64,000 nt of DNA, from contig MU058718.1 of NCBI GenBank assembly GCA_013265495.1, forward strand, positions 1,984,001-2,048,000, given 5' to 3'. Below are positions 53,021-64,000 of this stretch, in pieces. The stretch's first letter is position 1. Every line of letters begins with the position of its first letter. The position numbers and the translations under genes were made by a program. Below the pieces are notes generated by a model. The model worked only from the letters and a program-made list of their open reading frames with translations, searched no databases and was not told where the DNA came from. This DNA is from Vicugna vicugna. Taxonomy: Eukaryota.

Positions 53021-53318
53021 CAGTCGTCCCTCAGTTCCAGGATCCCTTTTGATACCAAAACCCGCAGATGCTCAAGTCCGTTATATAAAATGGCATATGA
53101 TTTGCATGTAACCTACACACATCCTCCCCATATATTTTAAATCTTTTCTTGACTACTCGAGATACCTAATACAATACAAATAATATGTAAATAGTCGCTG
53201 CTGAGTGGCAAGTTCAAGTTTTGCTTTTTGGAACTTTCTGGAATTGTTTTAAAAATATTTTTGATCTACAGTTGGTTGAATCCATGGACGCAGAACCCAG
53301 CGATATGGAGGGCCAGCT
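53021..53318 (+). mobile_element. MER2 (TcMar-Tigger) MITE
   Basis: cagtcgtccctc...gataccaaaacccgcagatgctcaagtcc.ttatataaaatggc...ggttgaatccatgga...atatggagggcc. Confidence 0.88.
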
Positions 53319-54283
53319 TACTTAACAGCACTCTTTAAAAGAAAAGCAGTAAAAATAAAATAATTCCTTATAGCTAAACATGGCTTTATTAAACATGTAT
53401 TTTAAATGCTCTATCCAGTCATATTTAAACAAAATACACGTGTCATAATACATAACAATACAGAATACATGTAATTTTTCTGGCTGCCTAGGATCTGAAT
53501 CCCTATTTGGGGAACTGAATACCATGACTCTTGACAGGAGGAAACAAAAGCCAAAGTACCAGCTGTCCCAGACTCTGGACAGCTAGCTGTGCTCCTGGCT
53601 ACACAGACTCTCCGTTATTTTCTAAGCCTGGTTCTCTCCAGCCTTCCCACTGATCTGTAAAATAATGATCTTTCCAGAATTGGGTTTCTTTTGCATGAGC
53701 AAGAACCTGACTACCAAGCAGTAGCTATTGGCAGTTATATAATTTGAAGACACAATATCTAGGAGAAAATGAGCCGCCTTTGAAGGATTCAACAAGAAGA
53801 TCTACATCAACAATATGATCCCAAGCAGCATAACAGCACTTTGACCAGATACGAGGTGTTCTCCCTACCACCACGCTTCTCCTAGGCTTGATCTTCTGCT
53901 TCCTTTCCAGGAGTTTCTGTCATATCTGAGCATTCCCCAACTCCACACATAAAACTGCCTATGCTTAACTCCCACCTCTCACCTTTCATTTATAACCTCA
54001 CAGTTTCAAAAAGGCGCCATATGGAACACACTCTACTCAGCAGTTAAAATGCATTAAATTCGTGGTTTCATGTTACAGAAAACAAATCACTGAATCATTT
54101 TTGTAGGTTAAGTTCAAAAGTATAAAATAAAATAAAACACAATCTCACCTATAAGAAAATGAAAATTACCTGAGTTTCACATGCCTTATGGAAATAACAC
54201 CCACCTGATCTTACAGTATTCATAAGAGGATCAAATTAAATAATTTATGAATGTGTTTAGAGAATTATTATTTTAAGGCATGT

Positions 54284-54649
54284 ACCATATTTCACCAAAC
54301 CTTAAGATACACCTACTGTAACATGCATCATTAGTTTATTATATACCACTAAGAAAGAAAAGTATGGCCAATTAAAACCCGTAACATATATTTTCTTATC
54401 ACTTGGAACTTTAATACTTAGTAAAAGAGCCCTTTATATTTAACTAGAACTGGATTGTTATAGATAGTTCTTAAGCAAACACTAGGAGAAAAATATGAAT
54501 GAAATAAATTGGTTAAAGTATTCTTAAAACTTCTCATTGAGTCCAACATTCCTGAATCATTTCTCAATTTAATCACTGATATCCATGTTTTCCCACATAA
54601 CAGCATTCACTGTCCCATCAAGAATTGTTGGCGATGCCACATTTCGTAT
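54284..54649 (+). mobile_element. Probable TcMar-Tc2 (Kanga/MER104-like) DNA transposon fragment
   Basis: taccatatttcaccaaaccttaagatacac resembles the Tc2-group TIR preceded by TA. Confidence 0.45.
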
Positions 54650-54664
54650 AAGAATCCATAAAAT

Positions 54665-56800
54665 GTTTTTCTGGTTCAAAACAGCAACACAGGAGGACCC
54701 TGAACTCACCTCTCACAGACACACCGAATCTACAGCTACACACAGAACAATTTCCTTCGAAAGAGATCCAGAAACTAGCTGAGCAACTCTTACACATCAG
54801 ACGAACAAGAAAAATCCCACACTGAAATGGGTAGGAGAGGTTAAGACACAATCTCACCATGAACCTCACCCTCCCACCCCCACCCCACGCAGTGACCTGC
54901 AACAGGGAGGGAACGAAAAACTCACCGCTTCTCCCAGAGGAGTGAAGGGTGTGGCCACAGCTAGAGCCACAACTTCTAAGACTTCCACCTGAGAAATGGA
55001 CCCCCACAACACCTAGCTCCGAAAACCCACAGGGCTTGCAATAGAACATTCCTAAAGGGCTTGTGCGGATTCAAATCCCCCAGGGCCCAGCAAAGAGGCA
55101 GAGACTGAAATGCAAAGACTGAAATGCACCCAGTCTTTCCATCAAAGAAGCTAGTTGCTTACCTTAGAAGTGTGGGGGACAGGCTTCCTCACCCCAGGTC
55201 ACTGGTATTTCCCGGAAAGAAGCTCGTGTGCATGTCTGATGCCTGGTTTTTGCAGCTTCTGCCCAGAAGATGCCACCTGCTCTCCTGGCTCCGGTGGCCA
55301 GCGAGTCTTACATTCAAGGGTACCATAGGACTGCAACAGATAGAGAAACAGTTCTTAATCAGTTATCCCTCCAGGGCCCAGCATGGAGGCAGCAGACTGA
55401 AATGCTGAGTCTTTCCACGAAAGAGGCCTATTAGCTTATGTTAATAGTTGCAGCCCCTGTCTTACACCATAGACAAAAATCAACTCAAAATGGTTTAAAT
55501 ACTTGAACATAAAACCTGAAACCATAAAACTCCTGGAAGAAAACAGGAGGTAAGCTCTCTGACATCAGTTTCAGCAGTTTTTTTGGATTTGATACCAAAA
55601 GCAAAAATAAACACGTGAAACTACATCAAACTCAGAAGCTCTGTACAGCAAAGGAAACCATCAACAAAATGAAAAGGCAACCTACTGCATGGGAGAAAAC
55701 ATTTGCAAATCATATATCTGACAAGGGGTTAATATCCAAAATATATAAAGAACTCATACAACTCAATAGCAAAGAAAAATTAAAAAACTAATTTGATTAA
55801 AAAATGGGCAGAGGAGCTGAATAGACATTTTCTAGTGTAGACACACCTAAGGCCGACAGGTACGGGAAAAGGTGCTCAATCATCACTAATCACTAGGGAA
55901 ATGCAAGTCAAAACTACAATGAGCTATCACCTCACACCTGTTAAAATGGCATCATCAAAAAGATAGATAACAAGTGCTGGCAAGGATTTGGAGAAAAGGG
56001 AACCCTGTGCACCACTGGTGAGAATGTAAATCGGTGCAGCCACTATGGAAAACAGTATGGAGGTTCCTCAAAAAATTAACAGCAGTTCCTCAAAAAATTA
56101 ATACCATGTGATCCAGCGATTCCATTCTGGGTATTTATCTGAAGAAAATAAAATCACTATCTTATATATCAAAGATATATGAACCGCTGTGTTAACAGCA
56201 GCATTATTTACAATAGCCAAGACATGGAAACAACCTGTGTGTCCACTGATGGAAGACTGGACAAAGAAGTTTCGGCCATACACACACAGTGGAATATTAT
56301 TCAGCAAAACAAAAAAGAAGGAAATCTTGCCATTTGTGACAACATAGATGCACCTTGAAAGCATTATGCTAAGTGAAATAAGTCACACAGAGAAAGATAA
56401 ATGTTATATTTTCTCATTTATATGTAGAATCCAAACAAAACAAAAACTAATTCATACATACAGAGAACACCTGGTGGTTGCCAGAGTACGGGGTGGGGAG
56501 TTAAAAGAGTGAAACTAGTCAAAAGGTACAAACTTCCACTTGTAAGACACATAAGTCCTGGGGATATAATGGGATATATGGTGACAACAGTTAACAACAC
56601 TGTACTGTATATCTGAAAGTTGCTGAGAGGAGGATAAATCCTAAAAGTTCTCATCCCAAGAAAAAAATACATAACAATTTGTGGTGTGGATGTTAACCAA
56701 ACTTACTGTGGTATTTCCCAATATATATGTATCAAATCATTATGCTATACACTTAAAACAAATACAATGTTATATGTCAATGATACCGCTATTTAAAAAA
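54665..56800 (+). mobile_element. Internally deleted L1: 5'UTR joined to ORF2 end and 3'UTR
   Basis: 5'UTR-like start (ggaggaccctgaactcacctc...acaccgaatctacagctacac), jump at ~55455 to cccctgtcttacaccatagacaaaaatcaactcaaaatgg; imperfect TSD aagaatccataaaat / aagaatgtgtaaaat. Confidence 0.8.
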
Positions 56801-56826
56801 AGAATGTGTAAAATAAACAAAAATCA

Positions 56827-57050
56827 CTAGAGGACACACCAATGATTCTATTAAAATTGAAGCTGAGATTGCCACCTGGCCACCTTGGGCTGCTCATTGC
56901 AACAGGCAAAGAAGGGAGGGTCACTGTCTGGCCAGAGTGACTGAATGTGACTGTTAAGGGGGAACTGGGTTCCTATGGCACAAGGAGGGTACATCTCAAA
57001 TGCAGATCTTTTAGGGTACCTCTTAGAACTCCTGTGTTCTGTGATAAATT
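56827..57050 (+). mobile_element. ERV-L internal fragment (dUTPase-like region)
   Basis: LEDTPMILLKLKLRLPPGHLGLLI...VTV and GYISNADLLGYLLELLCSVI resemble ERV-L PGDTTMIPLNWKLRLPPGHFGLL...GVTV...GDPLGRLLVLPCPVI. Confidence 0.8.
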
Positions 57051-57573
57051 TTATAACTGATTTCACTCTTCACTCAATTATAAAATTTAACAGGATTCTT
57101 TTGCTCAGGAGGAACTCATTGTAAACACAGGCTCAGAAGTCTTAAAGAAAACAAGGCTCTATGTTTCTTAATGTCAGTATATTTCTGTTTGTGTCTTGCA
57201 CATTCATTTGTACGTATAAGGATTATACGTACAAAAACAAGGATAGATACCAAGATAGTGAAATTGTGAGAATGCATCAACCAGTAAGAGAGTTAACTGA
57301 AATTTGTCTCACAAATAAGCAGAAAATATAATTTCTGGCAGACTATAGGATGTTAATTCTTTGAACAGTATTAAAAATAAAATACTCCACAATTTCAATA
57401 AAATGAAATTTATGATACAAGGCAAGGAAGGGGAGCTACAAGCTATGTGACTTTGGCAAATTACTAACATCTTTGAACCTGTTTCCCAATCAGTAAAATG
57501 AGGACACGTGCTACTTAGGTTAGATGCTTTGGAAACGGGAGGTCAGAGAAAACTCAGTTTTCTTCTCCTAACC

Positions 57574-57802
57574 CAGGGCTTCTCAACTTCAGCAATACTG
57601 ACATTTCAAGGCGGGTAATTCTGTTGTGGGGAGCTGTCCTGTATACTGTAAAACAGCAGCGTGCCTGATGTCTAACCACTTCTACCCTCTATCACCTGGA
57701 GAGATGTCAATTACACCTCTCCCTGACACTTGAGGTTGAAAATGCTCCACATGTTGTTAATTGTCTCCAAGGAGGCAAAATCGCCGCAGCTGAGAACCAG
57801 CG
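57574..57802 (-). mobile_element. MER20 (hAT-Charlie) MITE
   Basis: cagggcttctcaac...ggcaaaatcgcc...tgagaaccagcg with perfect 8-bp TSD tcctaacc (57566-57573, 57803-57810). Confidence 0.9.
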
Positions 57803-58119
57803 TCCTAACCCCACGTTCATCCAAAAAGTATTTGGGAAAGAAATAAAACACAGTCTCCAAGGAGCAGAATGCAGGGTCCCCACCTCTTTCAGGGAGGCAG
57901 GTTTTGTGACACAGAAAACGGGGGGTTGAGGAGCTTCGAGCCTCCAGGGAGCAGCCGAAGTTCTAATCAATGAACAGACTCTGAAGGGAAGGGGTAACAG
58001 GGGCAAAAGAAGAGGGCAAGAGGCCGAGCCTTTGGCGTCTGAGAATCAAAGATGCCCACACTAGTCACCACTTACAGTGCTTAGCTGACTCCTAGGTAGA
58101 ATATTTCCAGATAAACCGA

Positions 58120-58960
58120 GTCGCTGAGCCCGCAGCGAACGCCCTAGGGAGCGAGGCGGAGATGCCAGGTCGAGGTCAGGATCCGCTGGCTGCGCGCGGG
58201 CGGGTGGAGCCTCCGGGACGTCTTTGCCGCCGCCCCACGTGCTGACGCCGGCCGCAGGCCCCGCCCCGCCCCGCCCCCGGCCCTCCGGGTCTCGCTCCGC
58301 CTCCGCCCGCGGTCTTCTCCGCGGGTCTGCGCGCCGCCCTGCGTAAGCTGGCAGGGGCGGGCTGGAGGCGTTGGTGCTGCCACGTCTTGGCCGCAGCTCG
58401 CACAGCGGCTGCCGTGCCGGCGGCTGTAGCGCGGGAGGTGGAGGAGGTGGGGCTGGCGCCGAAGCCGGATCCGGATCCAGTGCTGTGTACCCGGGTGGGT
58501 GAGAGTCCGACGGGCCTGGAGAGGAGCATCGACTGCGGGCCTTTACGGGTGAGGGAGCCTGGGGGGTCGGGGAGAAGGAGCGGGGCCGGGCCGGATACCC
58601 TGGGTGTCGTCGTGGGCCTGCCTTCAGATTTATCAAACAGGTGTGATTGCCACCCTCGGCGAGGCGAGCTAGGCCCGGTCGAGGGGGAGGCCGGGGAGGT
58701 TCCGTTCGGGAAGCCAGCTGGGTGCACATGGGGGCGTAGAGGGCAGTTTGGAGCAAGTTTAGCGGACACGCGCCTGGAGCAGAGGTTAGGCATGATGGCT
58801 AATGGACCAGCCATGAAGGGGGTGGCCCTAGCAGGGCAAGAGCAGAGACCGGGGTCGAAACTAACTCTTCGCTCTCCAGGCTTTAGTGTCGGGGATTGAG
58901 ACAGTGTTCAGTGTTTGCCGCCATCGGTTCTGAATAGGCACGAACGCCCCCGGCCCCCGT
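58120..58960 (+). promoter_or_regulatory. CpG-island promoter of GNPNAT1
   Basis: The only strongly CpG-dense stretch in the window; stacked GC boxes ccccgccccgccccgccccc (58259-58278), E-box CACGTG (58236-58241), GCCACGTC (58379-58386). Confidence 0.9.
58290..58548 (+). other. GNPNAT1: GNPNAT1 non-coding exon 1 (start approximate)
   Basis: Donor ctttacgg|gtgagg at 58548/58549; no ATG in the segment; joins to accttacagcaaagATG. TSS position is not determinable. Confidence 0.6.
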
Positions 58961-60762
58961 TTCCCCACACCTTTCCTAGCAGCACCTCACAGCAGTCAGG
59001 AGCCACTTGAAGACATGATTCTGCTCCGAAGATCACCTCCTGCACTGACTAACTCCGGGCTTTCACTGCGGGAAAGAGGGGCATCCTTTGTCTCTTCCCC
59101 GGGTGGTATTTCTAGTACCCCTAGAAATACTGAGTAATTGTGATTTCTATTATAGGAGCTGATGTTTACGTAAATCGAACTCTTACAATTTCATACAAAG
59201 TTGAAGGATGATTATAGTTTTGTTAGGAATATACACTCGTGAATGAATCCTAGGATGGACCTCAAGAAATCATTTACATCAGTTTTATTAGGCAGGATTC
59301 ACTGACATTTTTTAGAATGGGGTAGACAGCTACCTGTCTGGCCTGATGATGATGTAAACGCTGGCGTCTATTGAGTATGGTGTTGTAGAGTTCAAGATGG
59401 GAGGATTTAGTCCCAATTCACTCCTGTGCTATGTTACCTTGGAGTCAAGTCCTGAAAGCTCCACGTGCTCCAGCATGCTCATGGGTAGACTGGGAATACT
59501 GCCTAGATTATAGGGATCAAATGAACTATTAGAAAAGACTTCTTAAAATTCTCAATTGAAGTGTAATCGCGCAATTTAATAAATATAGCCAGGCCTATTA
59601 AAATCATCAGCGAATGAAGTGTTCTTTAGATTTAAAACTTAGTCAGATTATTATTGAAATTGTTACAAACTGTATGTAGATGAACCCCAGTCTCACACAG
59701 CGCAAGGGCCCACCCACTTCCTGCTTTAACCTTGTACTCAAGTAATACCCGGATGCCCCGAGAGCTTTTGAGATATATAAAGGCAGTTTAGATGTGGCCT
59801 TAGATTTTGTTGCTTTAATTTTTATAACAACTTTTGAAATCTTCATTCCCAGTATCTATTACTTGTTGCTCTCAGTTTCTTGTTTCTAGCAGCAGCTCCT
59901 CCCTGTGTGTATTCTAGTGTACAGTAGAGGTTCAGAACCCAAACTGTTGAAATTGCGTCCAAAGAATGGTCAACCAACTAAAAACCTTACATGATCTTAG
60001 TAAAAATGAATTTGGAGTATGGTTTTTGTGATGCCACTTGTGGCAGTTTCGGAATTTTTATTCTGCTGGATTTTCTGAAATGTGACCTCCAGATAAGTCT
60101 TAGACCATTCGTCATTCACTCGCTAGGCATATATTGGCCTTTAGACGCATGCTAATTTAGTAGTTAAACAGGAAAGGTTCTTGAGAAATACTTAAGAAGA
60201 GTTAGGGTTTACTTTTAAAATATTAATCTAAAGTCTTCAAAATAAGACCCCAGTGATAATGATGAAATTCAGCTTCAAACAACCATGCAATTCTGTTTAC
60301 TGAAGTTTCCTAGTTTTGTGGTAGCTGAGGGCACCTTAAGACGCTGAAAATTATTTCTTTTGTAAACCAAATACATTTACCTGTTTCCCTCTTTTCTAAA
60401 ATCTTCAAAATTTAGTATCAAATCACATCTTACTTTAACTTGCCCACCATATTAATTGGGCACCAGCAGAATTTTACTGCATGGGCAGCAGAGTAAGATA
60501 AAAGAAGGTATCCTTAAGTATGGCTCTGTTTTGTAAAATAGCTCATATAAACATTTTGATATTAATCTCTGATTGCCTGGCTAATGGATTCTTATTTCTA
60601 TCCAGAATGCTTGAAGTATTTTGACTAACCTGAAATCCTTATTTTCCAAATATAGGTTATAAGTGATGCTTTGACTAAATTTTTAACTCTTACACAATAA
60701 AACAGAGAATTCAGCTTCACTAGTGCATCTTCAGTACTAACAGTACAGAGTCTGGAGGCTTG

Positions 60763-60922
60763 CAGGAATGCCGTGTAATTTGTGGTAACCTGTGACAAAT
60801 GAAAATGTAGGACTCTTTGTTAAAAAATTATTAAGAATGTCAAGACAGTAGCAGCAGAGAATTAAACCGAGTGTGGAGTGCTGTGCAGCTGCATAGGCCA
60901 GGGCCCATGAAGGTGGCCCCGC
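60763..60922 (-). mobile_element. MER45A-like hAT-Tip100 MITE
   Basis: caaatgaaaatg...aaaaattattaagaat.tcaagac...gcagagaattaaacc...cccatgaag. Confidence 0.75.
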
Positions 60923-61055
60923 TGCCTGGTTAAGAATCCTCACTGTTCCTTATTGGCTGTTATTTTGAGCAAGTTACTGTACCTGCTTCCTGGTCTGTAA
61001 AACTGGGATAATGATGACACATCTTTGATTGTATTTTTAAGAGTTAACAAATATA

Positions 61056-61192
61056 GGGGGGGAGGGTATAGCTGAGTGGTAGAGTACATGCCTAGCATGC
61101 CCAAGATCCTGGTTCAGTTCCCAGTACTTGTTAAAAAAAAATAAATAGACCTAATTGTCTCACACCCAATAAAAGAACATTTAAGAAAAAAC
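61056..61192 (+). mobile_element. tRNA-Ala-derived SINE inserted in a MIR
   Basis: ggggagggtatagctgagtggtagagtacatgcctagcatg; perfect TSD gagttaacaaata at 61041-61053 and 61193-61205. Confidence 0.9.
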
Positions 61193-62139
61193 GAGTTAAC
61201 AAATACAAAGTACTCAATAAAGATTAGCCAGTTTCATTTATTTTTATGATCATTCATGGAAGAGGACCATCTGGCTAAAGAAAAGCAAGGAAAATATTAG
61301 TATTTACTGTTTAAAATTCATTAATTAAAGGCTTCATAATCCTAGTTCTTCTCCTGTGTACCTCTCCCTTCTCTCTCAAATTATTAACCCCATTTTGTGT
61401 GTTTTGTGGGCATATTTCATTGTAAACTCAGGCAACTTTATAGGAAAAAGAAATCTAGTTTAAATTATCTTAACGTCCATCTAAACTTCTTTTTGAGCTT
61501 TCTTTAAATTTCATGGTCACAACTGTATGTTAAATAGCACGAACATCAAAATGTTTAAATGGTCTGTTGCCTTGAGGAACTTAACTTTTTAATGCTTTCT
61601 GCCTTCTGCATTTAATGTACACATTTTACTTTGTTGATATTTAGCCTGTTTATCTTCATACCTGAAAAATAACAGTGCTGTTTGTTACCCATCTTTCAGA
61701 TGAAAGCACACCCAAAAGCTCAGTGGGCTCAGTTATCAGGGACAAACGCTAAAGTGCATGCTTTTAAATTAATCTATTAAAAATCGGTTTAAATGGACTA
61801 TTAGCTTGTTAAATTTTATTTGAATAATTGTTTTAATCATCACAGTTTACTTCCTTTCCTTACTGTTCTTAGAACCAGGTATAGTGTTTACAGCATAACA
61901 TGATCTGAGTCCTTTTTAAGGGAAAGAAAACAAACCTCTCAGTATTCTACATAATAAACTATGATTTCTTTCCTCTCCAAGAATGCTAACTTTCAATTTA
62001 ACATATACATAATAGATAACCTTTTTGTAGCTCATGTACCCAGCAGTGTCTGACTCATGGATTAATTTAAGGGTGAAATAAGTTAATAAGAATTTATAAA
62101 AATGAACTTTAAATTAGTTACTAACCAAAGTATATCTTG

Positions 62140-62520
62140 AGGGCTTGCAGTGTGACAGGCACTCTTAGGTGCTTGCATACAGTAATCCATTTCTTCTTCC
62201 AATAATTTCATCTCCATTTTACAAATGAGGAAATACATTCTCAGTTTAACTCCCTTAGCCATGATCATAGTTGACATCTGAACACCAGGTCTGACTCGAG
62301 AGCTCATGCTGTTCCCATGCCTGGGTTTCAATCCTGGCTCTACTAATTTTGTGACCTTGGGCAAGTTACTTAACACGTCTATGCCTGCATTTCCTCATCT
62401 GTTAAAATGAAGATAACAATCATCCCTACCCTATAGGATTGTTAACGTAAATTAATCAGTAATGTATAAAGTTCTTTGAACAATGCGTGGCATGTAGTAA
62501 GTGCTGAACAAATGTTAACT
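62140..62520. mobile_element. Two MIR fragments (reverse ~62140-62300, forward ~62315-62520)
   Basis: ccattttacaaatgaggaaa; tgtgaccttgggcaagttacttaac...tttcctcatctgttaaaatg. Confidence 0.8.
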
Positions 62521-62802
62521 TCTGTTATCACACCACACTGCCTACCCAAAGCCTCTGCTATCCTGCAGCATTATCTGGATAGTTACCTCTGGTTACATAG
62601 GCCGCTTAATCCATCTTTAGGGAAAAGTTAAGAACAGTTGTCCTTAAGCATATTGCGATTTACAGAATGGGGAGTTGGGTTATTGTGGAAATTGGTCTAT
62701 TATTTTTCCTGTATTACTTTCTTGTTTTATGGTAGTATGTTATAGATATATATCTTCAAATTCTTTGTTTCAAAGAGCTAGAGGCAGGTATCAAATGGAA
62801 CA

Positions 62803-63031
62803 CGGTTGACCCTTAACAATACAGGTTGGACTGTGAGGATCCACTTATACATGGATTTTTTTTCCGTAATAAAGACTACAGTACTGCACATCCGAGGTTG
62901 GTTGAGTCTATGATTACAGAACTGTGGATACGGAGGGCTGATCATAAGTTATATGTGGATTTTCTAATGCATATTTTTGACTGTGTGGAGGGTTAGCACC
63001 CTAAACCCCTGTGTTGTTCAAGGGTCAGCTG
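62803..63031 (+). mobile_element. Tigger2-derived MITE
   Basis: TIRs cggttgacccttaacaa / ttgttcaagggtcagctg; internal tccacttatacatggattttt. Confidence 0.8.
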
Positions 63032-63932
63032 TGGTTTCTTTAACTGGGTATAGGGCTGGAAATGAAAAGTTTGGGGTTGCCTTACAGTCTTTTAATAATA
63101 ATTGTTAGGAAGACTGTTTCCTCCAGTAACTCTGTTCCACAGACATGTACCTGTTTTTATGCTTTATATAATGTTTTGTATTCCTTCTATTATTATATCT
63201 TTTGTTTAGTCTCAGTTTTACTAGACCACACCTAGTAAGAATCTGACCATTTCTGAATGTTCAAAAAAAGAGAGGAAAATACCGTAACTGATCATTTTTC
63301 AATAGCATGAAAAATACTGGCTATTCTTAAGCTTCTTACATGCAGCTGAGAAACTTACATATAGATTTTTTTATTAAAAACCTGCTGTGAAAACAAAATT
63401 GAAGATACTCTTAGTGTGAATCTATGAGAGCTGAGACCAAATATTCCAGTGAATGCAGAGAATCTTGTTTAAGGTTCATATAAAAAAAAAATTACATACC
63501 TAGTAAGTCTTACTTAGTGTCAAGACCAACAACTTATTCCTTAGCCCAATGATAAACTCCAATAGTGTAAAAAAAAAAATTAAGAGCCCATGAAAAGTCT
63601 GTATTCACAGTGATACACTAGTAGCACCAACTCACAGGGAAAAAAATGTTTTAAAAAAGTCCTGTTAGGAAATGGAGTTTTAAAGTTTAACTTCTCAATT
63701 TAGTCACTCGTTTACTATCTGATAGAATTCATGAATTTTCTATGTATCTGTAGCTGTGGCATTTGATGTTAGATTCGGGATAGGCTAAAATATCATGTAT
63801 ATTCGTTAAAGAATTTTTCTGTTTACATTATTTTTTATAAAGAAATTGACATTCTTGCTAATCATAACATTCTTCATGCTATTAAATAAAATGCCTAACA
63901 TTTAAAACTTTATTTTAGACCTTACAGCAAAG

Positions 63933-64000
63933 ATGAAACCTGATGAAACTCCTATGTTTGACCCAAGTCTACTCAAAGAAGTGGACTGGAGTCAGAATAC
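63933..64000 (+). CDS. GNPNAT1: Glucosamine 6-phosphate N-acetyltransferase, first coding exon (runs off the window)
   Basis: Acceptor tattttag|accttac at 63918/63919; ATG 63933 reads [22 protein letters not shown], the GNPNAT1 N-terminus; expected neighbour of FERMT2. Confidence 0.95.

Noticed and set aside
58061..58899. Long overlapping ORFs (231, 212 and 170 aa) in the CpG island
   Set aside because: Pro/Ala/Arg/Gly-rich on both strands, as expected from stop-codon scarcity in GC-rich DNA; no recognisable domain; the + ORF starts at TTG and runs through the exon 1 donor.
3250..61192. tRNA-Ala-like sequences as tRNA genes
   Set aside because: Six diverged copies with A-rich tails, most with TSDs; these are SINEs.

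Overview
Mammalian genomic DNA. Repeated tRNA-Ala-like SINEs and cetartiodactyl-type L1 3' ends suggest a camelid (inference). The + strand carries the last two coding exons and 3' UTR of FERMT2/kindlin-2 (534-675, 1666-1839, poly(A) signal 2908). About 55 kb of repeat-rich intergenic DNA follows (L1, L2, MIR, ERV/MaLR LTRs, hAT and Tigger MITEs, young SINEs), then the CpG-island promoter, non-coding exon 1, intron 1 and first coding bases of GNPNAT1 (ATG 63933). The FERMT2-GNPNAT1 order matches the known mammalian synteny. The supplied ORF track is almost entirely spurious or TE-derived and misses the real spliced exons. I see no convincing new protein-coding system. The most unusual signals are retrotransposition by-products defined by target-site duplications (TSDs): a SINE carrying a 3'-transduced L1 fragment that ends at AATAAA plus a Pol III-type terminator, a young/old L1 chimera, short L1 3' transductions, a SINE whose anticodon arm is replaced by a GTGGTTA array, and an ERV LTR that retains its polypurine tract and a TGATTGATTAA array upstream of GNPNAT1. 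Repeat subfamily names come from recalled consensus sequences and repeat boundaries are approximate.
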